A stretch of DNA of 63,983 bases, counting the filler, from Porpidia crustulata (lineage: Eukaryota): assembly GCA_964255105.1 (NCBI GenBank). It is 3 parts of 3 records of this genome, joined end to end, with 100 filler letters (N's around TTAATTAATTAA, not from the genome) between each part and the next. Parts side by side here need not be neighbours in the genome. Positions count along the whole stretch, not along the records: positions 23,347 to 46,566 come from CAXUWE010000076.1; positions 46,667 to 63,983 come from CAXUWE010000222.1; 1 more part is not named here. One strand, 5' to 3'. Each line of letters starts with the position of its first letter. Position 1 is the stretch's first letter. The notes beneath the pieces were generated by a model. The model saw only the letters and a program-made list of their open reading frames with translations. It was not told the DNA's origin and made no database searches. The position numbers and the translations under genes were made by a program. Positions 40,193-51,753 of the stretch are shown here, one piece after another.

Positions 40193-41731
40193 TTATAAAC
40201 TCGCCTTCCCCCTCGGCTCAAACGGCAAAGCCACGCACAGCAACCCGGCCAACACAAACAACGCACCGCTAACATACACCGGTACCGGTGTCTCCAGGTT
40301 CGCATAGATGGCAACAATCGGCGCCATGATGCCAAACACCCGGTTCGCCGTCGCCGTCAGCGCGTTGCCCGTGCCCCGATCCTTGGTGGGGAAGATCTCG
40401 GGCGTGTAGGCGTAGAGAACGGCGTACATGACATTGGCCATGAGATTATACGCGCAGTTCCACCCAAGCAGCGCGTTCGAGGTCACTGCGGTCGTGGAGG
40501 CGAAGAGGAAGACACCGGTCGCGGCGGTAGAGACAGCGAGGGCGCCCCTGCGGCCGAAGTTGGGCAGCTCGACCAGGGCGCCGCCGATGAGGGCGCCGGG
40601 GACGCCGAGCACGGCGATGATGAGGGAGTTGCGGAAGGTCAGGTAGGTGGAGCCATCGCCGAACTGGGCGCCGCGGGAGGCTTGAATGTAGGGGAGAAAG
40701 GCATTGTAGAGTGGGAAGCCAAGGCCAATGAAGGCCCAGATGAGCATGATCAGGGAGGTGGACCAGGCGAGCTTCGGGGTCGCGAAAAGGGCGCGTACGT
40801 GCGTGAAGTTGAGTTTCGCGAGTTTGCGGCGGAGGGCGGCGGCGGCGTCTGTGCCTTGTTGACCTTGTGCGTTGTGCTGGTCGAGGTCTTCAAGGCTTAG
40901 GTTGGAAGTTTTGCCGTTGCGCTTGGCGACTTCGTGGATGACCTGGACAGCTTGGGCATCCTTTCCTCGGCCCATGAGATATTTGGGAGATTCATAAAGG
41001 GTGAAGCAGAGAAAGCGGAGGATGAACATGATCATGGCGAGTAGACCCATAGCGATCATAAAGTATCTCCATCCAAAGTTCTGCGAACGTGAACAAGTTG
41101 TCGCTTTCTGTTGACATGTGTGATATCCCAAAAGGGGCCAGGCGATGAGCGTCGCCAAGAGTTGAGCAAAAGCCCAGAAGACAGACAGCACGGTAAGCAG
41201 GTATTGGTGAGTTCCAGGGAGAAATTCTAGGAAGACCGCCGAATCTACAGGCAGATTGCCTCCAACCCCTACGGACCAGAGTGCTGCAAAGACTCCAATA
41301 GCTGCAAAATTCGGCGAACCAGCCGCAATGAGACCGAAGACGGAGGTGATGCCAATCGTCAGGTTAAAGGCCCAACGTCGTCCAAAGATATCGCATCCGA
41401 ATCCCCAGAATATCGCACCAGCCAACAGTCCAATATTTTGCGACAACGACAGAAGAGGCGGCTTCGACGGTTTAAACTCTGTTGAAATCGCCGGCAGTAT
41501 CAACGAAGTTACTACCGGCCATAGGTTGTCGCTCGCCCAGCCAAAGCCCACGACGACGAAAAGCTGCCATTGATACCATCCCATTCCAATTTCTTGAATG
41601 GCATTGTTGAGGACCTGTGCTTTCGCCTCATAAACAGGATCCACGGCGCCTTTGGACAAGACTGGGGGGGGAACTTCGTCTGTCAAGCTTGGGGCGCTCG
41701 ATACGTCCGGTTCGTTCTTGGAATCCGTCAT
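40193..41731 (-). CDS. MFS transporter (sugar-porter-related / SV2-like), intronless
   Basis: 512 aa with many hydrophobic segments; CDIFGRRWAF, GVGGNLPVD, YAYTPEIFPTKDRGTG. Confidence 0.93.
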   Translation of the reverse strand: MTDSKNEPDVSSAPSLTDEVPPPVLSKGAVDPVYEAKAQVLNNAIQEIGMGWYQWQLFVVVGFGWASDNLWPVVTSLILPAISTEFKPSKPPLLSLSQNIGLLAGAIFWGFGCDIFGRRWAFNLTIGITSVFGLIAAGSPNFAAIGVFAALWSVGVGGNLPVDSAVFLEFLPGTHQYLLTVLSVFWAFAQLLATLIAWPLLGYHTCQQKATTCSRSQNFGWRYFMIAMGLLAMIMFILRFLCFTLYESPKYLMGRGKDAQAVQVIHEVAKRNGKTSNLSLEDLDQHNAQGQQGTDAAAALRRKLAKLNFTHVRALFATPKLAWSTSLIMLIWAFIGLGFPLYNAFLPYIQASRGAQFGDGSTYLTFRNSLIIAVLGVPGALIGGALVELPNFGRRGALAVSTAATGVFLFASTTAVTSNALLGWNCAYNLMANVMYAVLYAYTPEIFPTKDRGTGNALTATANRVFGIMAPIVAIYANLETPVPVYVSGALFVLAGLLCVALPFEPRGKASL

Positions 41732-42329
41732 CTTCCACGGCTCGATTTCTCGAATTTGCCGATTGACCTGCTGAAGTTGGAGTTCTCCGCAATTTGAACG
41801 GCGTTTGACGCTCTATCGATTCGCCGACAGGTGGATTTCGAAACGGCAGGACATGTCGCATGAGGTGGGGGGACTTACAGACATGTCTTATCACATCAAT
41901 CGTAGATCCAATTGCGCCTTATCGTCCGACTAGCACAATGCCAAATCCATGGAGTTCCGAGCTGGCTGATTGGATGTGACCTGACACATCATGCAGCTTC
42001 GGATCACAAACGGCTGGTCATTTGAGGAAGGCTCAACTTGCTTGATGTAGCTTAGCACCAGCAGAGCAGAGCTTGACCGTCTGGTCTAACCCACACTTGT
42101 CTCTACATGATAAATGGAGTGATACTGAACGTACGGTCTTGCAATTGGTATTAAACACGGTGACTAAAGTTGAATCACACTGGTCATCTGGTTGCGAAAG
42201 ATATCTGAGTTTGAGATGCCGATCATCCTCCGACCCTAGAAAGCTCGGGCCACCCTACGCGTCTCGTCATCTTCAAACGCGCTGGTGATTTGTGAGGATG
42301 TGGCCTGGCTCAACAAGTCCGCACCAAGA

Positions 42330-44930
42330 ATGGCTGCCTTCGATGGCTCTCCTCGCCCTAACAAAAGGCGGAAGACTAATCTACAGGAGACGTCGAGCCT
42401 GACCCTACCAGGTCGTGCTCTCCGCGCTGTCAAGCAAGCTGTGTTTGGAAAATCGCCATCGAGAAGCAGTCCCACATCTAGAGATGGTAGCGGATCCACA
42501 GATCGGGCAACTTCGGCCCGGTTCATCAATAGAAGAGACAGTCCCATTCACGAAGAAGTTGTTGATTGGGACATACCCGATAGTAATAACGAGGGCTCCG
42601 ACATTCAAGCAAAGTCCGGCACCCCCACCAATCCGGTGAAGCCTAAACAGAGCACTGGAATAGAACCCAGAACTTTACGAGGGCATAACGGGCGGACAAA
42701 AAGATCGCAGCTTGGACCAAGTGAAGGGAATAGTTCTCTCGGAGATGGTCACGAAATCCAAGTCACGTCTACGAAGATTGTCAAGAGGCCTACAACATCG
42801 GCCAAGAGGACGTACAAGGCTCATCGAACCTCACAAGAGTCCGATGAGTTGGGGGATAATAATAAACAAGATGTAGTCTATGCATCTGGGAAGGTCATCC
42901 AGTGTGGTGCCACTTCGAAAAGACGGCAGAAGGCTAAGGGCATGATTGATCACGGGAGACCTATAGAAAGTGACGACGGAAATGACTTATTGTCATCCTC
43001 TGGCGACACTGATGCCAGCTTAGATCAGCCTCGCGTGGAACGGTTGTACCAGCCCAAAATTGGGTATTCATCCGCAAAGCAGCGCCACAAGCCTCGCATA
43101 CCGTCTGTCGAATCTGATAGATTTATCAAGGTTGCCGGAACACCTACGACTAGATCGGGACGGAAACGAGGCTTCTCAGAGGTTGCTAAATCACCTGTGG
43201 CGCCCGCTGACAAAACACCCATAACTCCTTCTAGTCGAAAGCGTGGTCGCCCTCCAAAGCAACCTACTGCAGCTTCAATCGCGCAAAGAGAACAAAACGA
43301 TGATCTGGGGTTCAAGAAAATACCCTCCAGGCATGGGTCTATTAGTCGCTCACCAGAGCAAGCCAGTAATGAAATTGAAACCTCACCGATCGAAGAGCTG
43401 ATTTCGCCAGCAGGTGCTGGAGCTACACTAAAGACAAAACAAAAGGGTACAGGAGTTAGGGAGAACAATTCACCGGCCGCTGAAACCGCAGCAAATAACA
43501 GTCACCTGGAAAACATGTTAGATACTACTCTCCAGGATGATAGTATCAGTTATATTAAAGAGCTCGAAAACGCATTGAAAAAGGACAGTACTGGTTCACT
43601 CGCCATTCTCAAAACGCAACTCATGGTCAACGTAACTGGGAAATGTCGTTTACCGTTGGTGAACCTCGAAGCAGAATACCAAAAAGTTCATCAGCTGGTC
43701 GAACAAACCGTACTAGCCGGTGAAGGGAATTCGATGCTTGTGATTGGTTCTCGGGGTACTGGCAAGACCGTGTTGGTTGAGACAGTCATCGGGGAGCTTG
43801 CAATGGATCACCGCGAGAAATTCCACGTGGTGAGGCTGAACGGTTTTGTACACACAGACGATAAATTAGCTCTCCGCGAAATCTGGCGGCAGCTTGGACG
43901 AGAAATGGAAGTCGAAGACGATACAGGAGATAGATGCAATTATGCCGACACCCTCACATCTTTACTCGCTCTATTATCCCACTCCGCTGATGTGCCTGAC
44001 ACCGAGCAAGAACAAATCGCCAAATCCGTCATCTTCGTCATTGATGAATTTGATTTATTTGCATCTCATCCACGGCAAACCCTCCTCTACAACTTATTCG
44101 ATGTGGCACAGTCCCGAAATGCGCCTGTTGCAGTGCTCGGATTGACCACTAAAGTCGATGTCGTAGAGAGCCTAGAGAAAAGAGTGAAGAGCCGCTTCGG
44201 CCAACGCTATGTTTACCTTTCTCTACCTAAAACTTACACTACCTTTCAAGATATTTGCAAATCCGCTCTGACCTATCAGCACTCTACCATGTTCACGCGG
44301 CTCACCAAGGAAGACAAGACCTATCAAAGGTTGCATAATATCTGGGCGAAATACGTGAACGCCCTGTTCACTAACGATAGGGCCTTTGACCTTTTCCTTT
44401 TTAAAATCTATACACGAACAAGATCGGTTCCGTCTTTCCTGACCGCCTGTCTCCTCCCTATCTCTTTCCTTTCTCCATCATCGATTCCCACAGGCCCGGA
44501 TTTCGCCAATCAGACCCTATCACCACCCGATTCAAAATTACACGTTCTACCTGGCCTGTCTAACCTAGAGCTCTCCCTTCTGATCGCCGCCGCTAGACTT
44601 GACATCATCCTTGACACAGACCTGTGCAATTTTAGCATGGCATACGACGAATATCAGCAATTGGCCAGTCGAGTCAAGGCGCAAAGTAGTGCTGCTGGGC
44701 AAACGGCTGTTGGAAGTGGTGCGAGGGTATGGGGGAGGGAAATAGCAAGCAGGGCATGGGAGCACCTGGCAAATTTAGAACTAATTCTTCCCGCTTTAGG
44801 AGGGAGTGCAAAATACGACATGGGTAGAGCCGACGGGAGAATGTGGAGGGTCGATGTAGGGCTAGAGGAGATTGGCCCCAGCGTGAGCGGAATGAATGGC
44901 GTTATGAGCAAATGGTGCCGAGAAATCTGA
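42330..44930 (+). CDS. orc4: Origin recognition complex subunit 4
   Basis: Long disordered N-terminus with AT-hook RKRGRPPK; AAA+ module EGNSMLVIGSRGTGKT, IFVIDEFD, RQTLLYNLFD, LEKRVKSRF; winged-helix C-terminus. Confidence 0.95.
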   Translation: MAAFDGSPRPNKRRKTNLQETSSLTLPGRALRAVKQAVFGKSPSRSSPTSRDGSGSTDRATSARFINRRDSPIHEEVVDWDIPDSNNEGSDIQAKSGTPTNPVKPKQSTGIEPRTLRGHNGRTKRSQLGPSEGNSSLGDGHEIQVTSTKIVKRPTTSAKRTYKAHRTSQESDELGDNNKQDVVYASGKVIQCGATSKRRQKAKGMIDHGRPIESDDGNDLLSSSGDTDASLDQPRVERLYQPKIGYSSAKQRHKPRIPSVESDRFIKVAGTPTTRSGRKRGFSEVAKSPVAPADKTPITPSSRKRGRPPKQPTAASIAQREQNDDLGFKKIPSRHGSISRSPEQASNEIETSPIEELISPAGAGATLKTKQKGTGVRENNSPAAETAANNSHLENMLDTTLQDDSISYIKELENALKKDSTGSLAILKTQLMVNVTGKCRLPLVNLEAEYQKVHQLVEQTVLAGEGNSMLVIGSRGTGKTVLVETVIGELAMDHREKFHVVRLNGFVHTDDKLALREIWRQLGREMEVEDDTGDRCNYADTLTSLLALLSHSADVPDTEQEQIAKSVIFVIDEFDLFASHPRQTLLYNLFDVAQSRNAPVAVLGLTTKVDVVESLEKRVKSRFGQRYVYLSLPKTYTTFQDICKSALTYQHSTMFTRLTKEDKTYQRLHNIWAKYVNALFTNDRAFDLFLFKIYTRTRSVPSFLTACLLPISFLSPSSIPTGPDFANQTLSPPDSKLHVLPGLSNLELSLLIAAARLDIILDTDLCNFSMAYDEYQQLASRVKAQSSAAGQTAVGSGARVWGREIASRAWEHLANLELILPALGGSAKYDMGRADGRMWRVDVGLEEIGPSVSGMNGVMSKWCREI

Positions 44931-46080
44931 GAGGCGCGGAGAATAAGAAAAGGACTAATGAGGGAAATGCTGCGCAGACGAGTATGGAGTACTCTATTAC
45001 TTCGCTTCGCACCCCTACCCGATCCGTTATGCAGCGGTGACACGACAGAGAGCTAGGAGTTTAGAACGATGGCAGGGACTGACCACACCGTACTAATCAG
45101 CATCACTACTTGTCACCATCATAAAGCGTTCGAATTCGCCCTACTTGGAAGTCCACTGAGTCAAATTATGTGAACGCTACGATGCCAGTTAAGGCGGTAT
45201 TCGATGGCTTCAGAGATGCTGATTGGCTCTATGTGGAAACCACTCTCAGCTCCAAGGAGATGGCAGCAGTCTTCATGGTGGTCATCACCCGATCTTGATC
45301 ACTATTTCCCAGCCACGTGCTTGTCACGTCGGTCAAACTTCCATAGCTGGGAGTCAAGATGGTTTGAGACAAGCCACTACCATGTGATCCAAGACAGTGG
45401 ACTAGTCGTCACTATAAGCGCATATCTGTTTATCTAGAGCCTACCTGACTCTGACAGCAAACACTATCACAAAACAAGCCTAGCTGTCTGGTCCCCAAGA
45501 TCTACGTTTCGTGGAATATCGGTATAGGTAGTGTGGGGGACGCGGAACACAAAGAAAAAGGCCTTCTCGGTTGGGGATGCTAATGCCAGCGGCTATTGCG
45601 TTTGCAGTGGGTGAAACTGTGCTGCAGGGATATTAATTCTTAGCCTCCTGGTCTACGCGACCCGTCCTTATGAATCTGCCTTCTCTTTCTCAATCGAAAA
45701 TGCCTTGACGCTTGGTATTGACACGGTGAGCCCGAGGAACCTCCTCCGCTCCAATTAACCAAGAAGGGCTTTTCATCATCGATTTCGCATGCGAATGCTG
45801 GTTAAATCTGACTGTAAATGGTATGATGGAAGCATTAAGCTTGTCACTGATCCCATGATCATTGGAAGATATGCGATTTGCGCAGGCCGTTACTTCTTTC
45901 TTAGAGAGCCGAACAAGCCTTTCCAATCTTCAATCAGGTCGATAAATACTGGCGAATTCATCACCATTACGCTATATGAATCCTTGGGCCCAGGTTTTCT
46001 TCAGCTTTCTTGCAATTTGCCAATCTTCGATTTCGCAGGGCAACTCTCTCCGTTAAGATCAACATATCGAGTCACTCACC

Positions 46081-46566
46081 ATGCTCTTTTCTTGCCTCTT
46101 CCTTCATTTCGCTCTATCTGTCTTAGTCTCATCAACCCTCGCGCAACCAACAAAGCTCTTCCATCGCTCCTCCCTCAGCCCCTATCTTCACATGCCAACA
46201 ACCTTAACAATGCCACAAGCTATGACCCCAAGCATCAACTCTCTTCCCTCTTACATACTCAATACGACCAGCGATAACACTATTTGTTTTCCCGACAGCG
46301 GACTCTTCAAGCCGCCTTTCCGCGTTGACTGCGATGACCTTGTCGAAAACTTTATCCTTGACCCTTCTTCCTTGGACCCGGCGCACTGGCATGGTACCGG
46401 AACTCGCCCGCTCGCAGCGTGGCTCAATGGCTCGTGCAGGATCTTCATGTTTGCGGCGAATCCCGAAAAGATGTCCGATGACACGTTTCCGGCCGTCCGA
46501 ATTGCGGTTGCGGCTTCAGCAATCATAAAAACATGTATAAGGGATGGGGGTTCGAAGAGGCTGGGC
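46081..46566 (+). CDS. Small secreted Cys-containing protein, truncated by the gap
   Basis: Signal peptide MLFSCLFLHFALSVLVSSTLA; pattern ICF..DC..W..GSCRI..AASAIIKTC..G typical of small effector-like fungal proteins. Confidence 0.75.
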
Positions 46567-46666
46567 NNNNNNNNNNNNNNNNNNNNNNNNNNNNNNNNNN
46601 NNNNNNNNNNTTAATTAATTAANNNNNNNNNNNNNNNNNNNNNNNNNNNNNNNNNNNNNNNNNNNN
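46567..46666. other. Artificial assembly linker (N44-TTAATTAATTAA-N44)
   Basis: Identical to the linker at 23247-23346. Confidence 0.97.
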
Positions 46667-46888
46667 AAGACAAAAACATACAGCAGAAGGGATTCGCTGG
46701 TCGTCACCGACCCAACTACTAGCCTTCCGATCACCAGTTTATGTATGGCAGAGCGGACGGGATGCCCAGTGATCTGGTGTCTATGGCCGTATGTGAAAAA
46801 TCTATCCATATAATGGAATAGAAACAGCACTGCATTAAGGATGCCTCCCAGATATTGCAACAGAAGATGAAAACACTCCCCCACTCAC

Positions 46889-47347
46889 CTCATAATGCCC
46901 CAACCTCATCCACCCCGTCAAGTCATCCGGCACCGTCAGGATATTCCGCAACGTATAAATCTCAAACTTGTCAAACGTCTTGTCCACCGTCGCCTCCAGC
47001 AGCGTTTCCAGCTGATGCGCCCCATTCTCGATCTCGGCCGTCGCGTCGGGGTACTCGATATTACCGTCGCCATCGGCGTCCGGGATCGCAGAAATGCTGG
47101 TCGAAGGTTGATCTGCGCCGAAGCCGAGGGTACGGGGAGGGAGGGAGAGGAGACCGTTTTCGATAGCTTCGATGGCGTGGTAGATGATGGTGTTGACGGC
47201 GTTGATGATTTCGTCGATGAGGGACTTGCAAGGGGGAGGGGCGGATTAGTGATTGGGTTCGGAGGGTTTTGAGGGATCACGTACCAGTGGTGTATATTGG
47301 AAATGTTCTGTTAGCAGGGCGTCTGCCTGGCGCGCTGGATTTGCCAT
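46889..47347 (-). CDS. mis12: Kinetochore protein Mis12/Mtw1, 5' exons (remainder lost at the gap); not in the ORF track
   Basis: Hand translation MANPARQADALLTEHFQYTPL / intron / SLIDEIINAVNTIIYHAIEAIENGL..EIENGAHQLETLLEATVDKTFDKFEIYTLRNILTVP matches the Mis12 domain signature. Confidence 0.9.
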
Positions 47348-48105
47348 TTTGGAAGGCCTTGATGGGACTGTCGCAAACGGTAGTATCGCATTCGCATTTG
47401 AGGGTCGAGAACGCGACGGATGTTTACGCGAGGCCTAAATTCGCGTATAATCTCGCACCAAGAGGCTACCTGGCACTCAATCTAGGTACATGAATCCAGG
47501 CTTGCCCGCAACCCCATTTCTCTTTTCATACTTACCTTGTGAAAATTCCCCTGCTCAAAAAGACGGGCAATTATGACCCGAGCCCTGCATTGCACAGCGC
47601 GGAGGCAAGTGTCATTGAGTGGCCTTCGGGTCCCTCATTCGCGCAATTTTTGATGGTCTTATCCTGCCATAAAGGCTTCTTTTCATCGATGTTTTGGCCT
47701 TGCGCCGGGCTTCGAAGAAGAGTTTGACGACGAGAAATGTAAGCTCTTGATTGCCCAGGTTCATTTACAATAAAGTAAATGTAATCCGGAATCAGTAATC
47801 ATGTGTGTGCATGAAAGCCCTGTACAATGACACCGTGGCAGGAGGTCTGTTGCCACTCTTCGACAATAATGCTTCACATGACCTCTTGATGAATCTATTA
47901 TCTATATACCAGTGGCGCCAGCTAATGCTTATCAAAGACAGAAAGACACCTTAGTATCCGACATATCCGCAGCGGCGACTATGTGCGCTTTCGCTCCAAT
48001 ATTTATCTGCTTCCCTTTAACCATTGCTTCTCTCAGCATACATGGCTCCTCGCCGCATAAGAAGCAAAGACGCTTCTCGCGGTGAATCAGTGGCAGTCAA
48101 ATTTC

Positions 48106-49049
48106 TCAGAGTACAAATGTAACGACAAATCCAACCACGGTCGCCAGTCCAACGCCTATAAATACGTCTTGTTTGTTTGCATATCGGCTTGAGTCGGCAG
48201 CTGATTTTGCCTGGGTCGTCGGAGCCGTAGAGCTTGGCATTGCCATTGAAGTATTTGAGGATCCCATTGTCGTCATGGTCGTGCTCGAATTGCTGGATGT
48301 CCCGGCGGTGCCACCGGTTGTTCCCTCCATGGGAGATGTGTTTGATTGCGCCTTCTTTGCTAGTGCGGCGAAAGCATCAATGGTCCTCGATTGGTTAGTT
48401 GCAGGTCTGAGGGGCGATAGTATCAGCAATTGAACCTGTGATGTGGGTTCAAGGCAAGTACTCACGCGTTGATGACCCCGACCATACCGGATTGGCAATG
48501 ATCGCCCTTGGAGCAGTAATACCATATGGGCTTGGTGTCGTTTACCATTATCGTGTATGCAGGCATCTTCGTGTCTGTAGGCTTGACAGGCATGTATCCA
48601 GAGAACAAGCCTTTAACACCCATCGAATCTTTCATTGGCATGCATGGCATATCAAAGGACGCTTGAACGACAGAGTGGTTCTGTAAACATACAATCAGCC
48701 TGCGTAACCCTGAGATGATGGAGATTCGACATACCATTGGGTAGAACTGGAATTGCACCATATCTCCAACTTTGGCTTTCATATCTTTCGGCGTAAACGC
48801 CAAGTCCCCGTTCTTGTTTGAGACTTTGACAATGTGCATGGTAACCATGCCCCCCATACCTGAGGGAGCAGCTGCTCCGGCTGCCATTGTCGAAGAAGCA
48901 GCCATCGGCATAGACGACGACATTGCCATACCAGTCATCATACTGCTGCTCATTCCAGCTCCCCCAGCGGCTCCGCCAGCAGCACCATATTGCGCCAAAG
49001 CTCCACCGGCGAGGATTAATGTAGATGCGAGAGAAAGCGTTGAATACAT
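48106..49049 (-). CDS. Secreted/GPI-anchored Ser/Thr/Met-rich cupredoxin-domain protein, 3 exons
   Basis: Signal peptide; GDMVQFQFYP / NHSVVQASFDMPC; PIWYYCSKGDHCQSGMVGVIN (type-1 copper-like C-H-M); Ser/Thr stalk and hydrophobic C-terminal tail. Confidence 0.88.
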
Positions 49050-49968
49050 GTTTAGTAACGGGAAAGGTGGTGGTAGAATTATAGTAGCGGCCGGCGCTGA
49101 TATTATAAACAGATAAATGCCACTGTATTATGTAAAGGAATAGCGAAAGTGGTCGAAAAGACTGTAGAGGAACTTTTGAAGGAGAAGCTTGAAGATTGGA
49201 TAGAAGCCTAATGCAGGAACGCAGATGGAATATATATCGCGGGAGTATAATCAGAGATAGAAGGGCTGGTCACAAGAGCAATACGCGTACTTGCTAAGCA
49301 CTCCAACCTTTCGAGTTTCAGTTGTACACAATGCGCATTATCTAGAGTACTCAACTGGTTCTTCGATAATTACGAGCCCATGATGGGCGTTTAATCCTCT
49401 GGGATTAGCTATCGTTTAACCATTATTCGACGGAATTTCGTGCTATGTGATCGGATTCCAAGAGAATCCTCCATCTTGAAAGACTAATCAGATCTAAATC
49501 GAACTCATCACGAGTATTCAAATTCTTGATGATAAAAATCTTCGAGAGTCATGAGGCATTGACCAAAATTGAACCACTAGCGCAGATCCGGCGCTTAGGG
49601 TTTGGCATGTGTCGCAAAGAGTAAAGTCCGCGTTTCAGCGTCCTATCTCAAGCAATCCTCGCCCCATGCCTTGAATAAGGATCTTGAATTGAGGGTTATG
49701 CGAGCATGGTAATTGGCCACAGTCTGGCAGGTGGTTGCGAGATCAACCACCTCATTGAATCAAGCTTTCATTTTCAACTTGAGAGACCACGCTACTACGT
49801 CTTGGTCTCTTTGGCCCCCTGGAAATTAATAATACTTACATGAAGGTATCGGTTGATAAGATCTCGAGGTATCATGCTGTAAGGGTGCTCTCGTTGTGAG
49901 GTCAATCTTTGCATTGGCGTTACTCGTCCCATGTGGTGCGGTCGTCATCGCCAACAGGCGTTGCAGTA

Positions 49969-50488
49969 TCAAAAGTCCAGCAGTAACTGCGGAGCTAGCT
50001 TCTCAAGATCCTCGACCTGTGTTCACGGAAATCCATCAATGACTCGTCCTCTCCTGTTGTGATAATTTCTTCTCCCTCACCTCCAAAAATTGTCCTCCCA
50101 AGCCTCCCTCAGCCTCCGACCGCTCAAAAGCCGCACGAGCAATAGCTTCTCTGACAAACGTCTCGATGTATTTCCCAACCACCTCGTTGGCATCCTTGTT
50201 GATACGCGTTTTTTCGCTTCCAAAGTTATGGTGAAGGAGTCTGGTGAGAAGCTTGGGTGGGATCGTGGGAGGAGGGTCTCGAGTCGCGGCGGGGATAATG
50301 GCTTCTGAATCCTCATCATCTATCAGAGAATTCAAGTCTTCCTCGGACGACGAGGAGAAGGAGGGAGCTTTAGCGGGAGCAGATTTGCGCCGAGGCGCTA
50401 TTGTCTTTGCGACTTTTGACGCAGGGCGAGGAGGTTTGAAGGCTGCAGGCTTGCGCTTTGGCGCTGGGTTTGAAGGTCCAGATGGCAT
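49969..50488 (-). CDS. mhf2: Centromere protein X / Mhf2 histone-fold protein, 2 exons
   Basis: IPPKLLTRLLHHNF..KTRINKDA..KYIETFVREAIARA..FLE / intron 50080-50017 / VEDLEKLAPQLLLDF*. Confidence 0.9.
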
Positions 50489-50797
50489 GGCTTTGTGATG
50501 CGTAAGGGTCTATGTTTCTAGACAAAGACGCATCTCGTATTAAATTTCCCCGCAATCTCACAAAGATCGCCAAGCCCTGTGAGCGCAAATCAAACCTTTC
50601 CACAAGAATTCGAATCTAATACGGCATATCGTGAATGAATTTTGATTGTTGTCCAAATAGAAAAGCAAAATTTCAGTGCATTGCTGGCATCAGAAATCGC
50701 TTTGTCCTTCAGCTTGGACAAGTACTATATTCTAAAGTCTAAGTCCTACAATCTCCCATCATATTATTGTAAGCCTCTCTCTAGGCAACTCTATTCA

Positions 50798-51249
50798 TTA
50801 CTTCTTGTTAGCAAGATTCTCCTGTACCATGCCACCAATCTTGCCATCGGCGTTGAAATTTTTACCAACAGCTCCCTCCTTTTCGAACGGGCCGCCAACC
50901 TTTTGGGCAGTACCTCCAATGGCGCCATCAGCTGGAAGAAAAAGTATCAGTATGTGCCCAATTGGGATTTAGAAAATAACAGAGGTTTGTATCCATCAAG
51001 CTCGCTGTCAGGCGTACCGTTGAACATTGAGCCCACCGCACCATCCTTGGAGAAAATGCTACTACCGGTGCCCGTGGTCTTCTCGCCAGCCGCAGGCTGA
51101 TTCTCCTGTTAGCGTTCTCATTGGATCCCGCGAAAGAAGAGACTCACTATTTGTTTTGTTGACTCATGTACGCCACTTGTCAACTCCTGATCCTTCATCG
51201 CGCTGTTGGCGCCTTGCTCGAAAGTCTTGGCTGTGCTGTCACCGTCCAT
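50798..51249 (-). CDS. Small hydrophilic Gly-rich protein with an internal repeat, 3 exons
   Basis: MDGDSTAKTFEQG..KQI / NQPAAGEKTTGTGSSIFSKDGAVGSMFN / ADGAIGGTAQKVGGPFEKEGAVGKNFNADGKIGGMVQENLANKK*, joined by canonical introns. Confidence 0.8.
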
Positions 51250-51753
51250 TGTTGCGATTGAGTATTGAGATGAGGTATGTGCTTTAATAATGTTTATAGT
51301 GTAGAGGGTGCTATCGTCAATAAATATGTGTTTGAGCAGACGAACGATGTCGATAATAGATGAGATGCTCGGTGATGTAATAGAATGCACTTGACATCAA
51401 TGACGGCATGATGAAGCCCTCACATGCTATTTTTTTTTTGCCAGAAACTTCAGCACGGTCATTGACTCTATCATAGAAGTTAAACTTAATGATTAAAGAA
51501 CTTTGTTAAGAAAAATCACTTGGTAGATAATAGTATGCTTCAGAGTATGGCATGGCCAAATCTGTGTGGCGTATAGATAATTAAACTCACAGGGGGTTGT
51601 TAAGAGTCAAATGAGGCGCCTCAGCGAAACACCCCTATCGAAGTGCAACTTCAACCTCCACCTTCTACTCCGCTCTCCAATCTACACTCTTCACTACCCC
51701 CTCTTTGCTGTATGCATTCCACATCATTAATTCTTTTGATTCTCTGATAAAAA

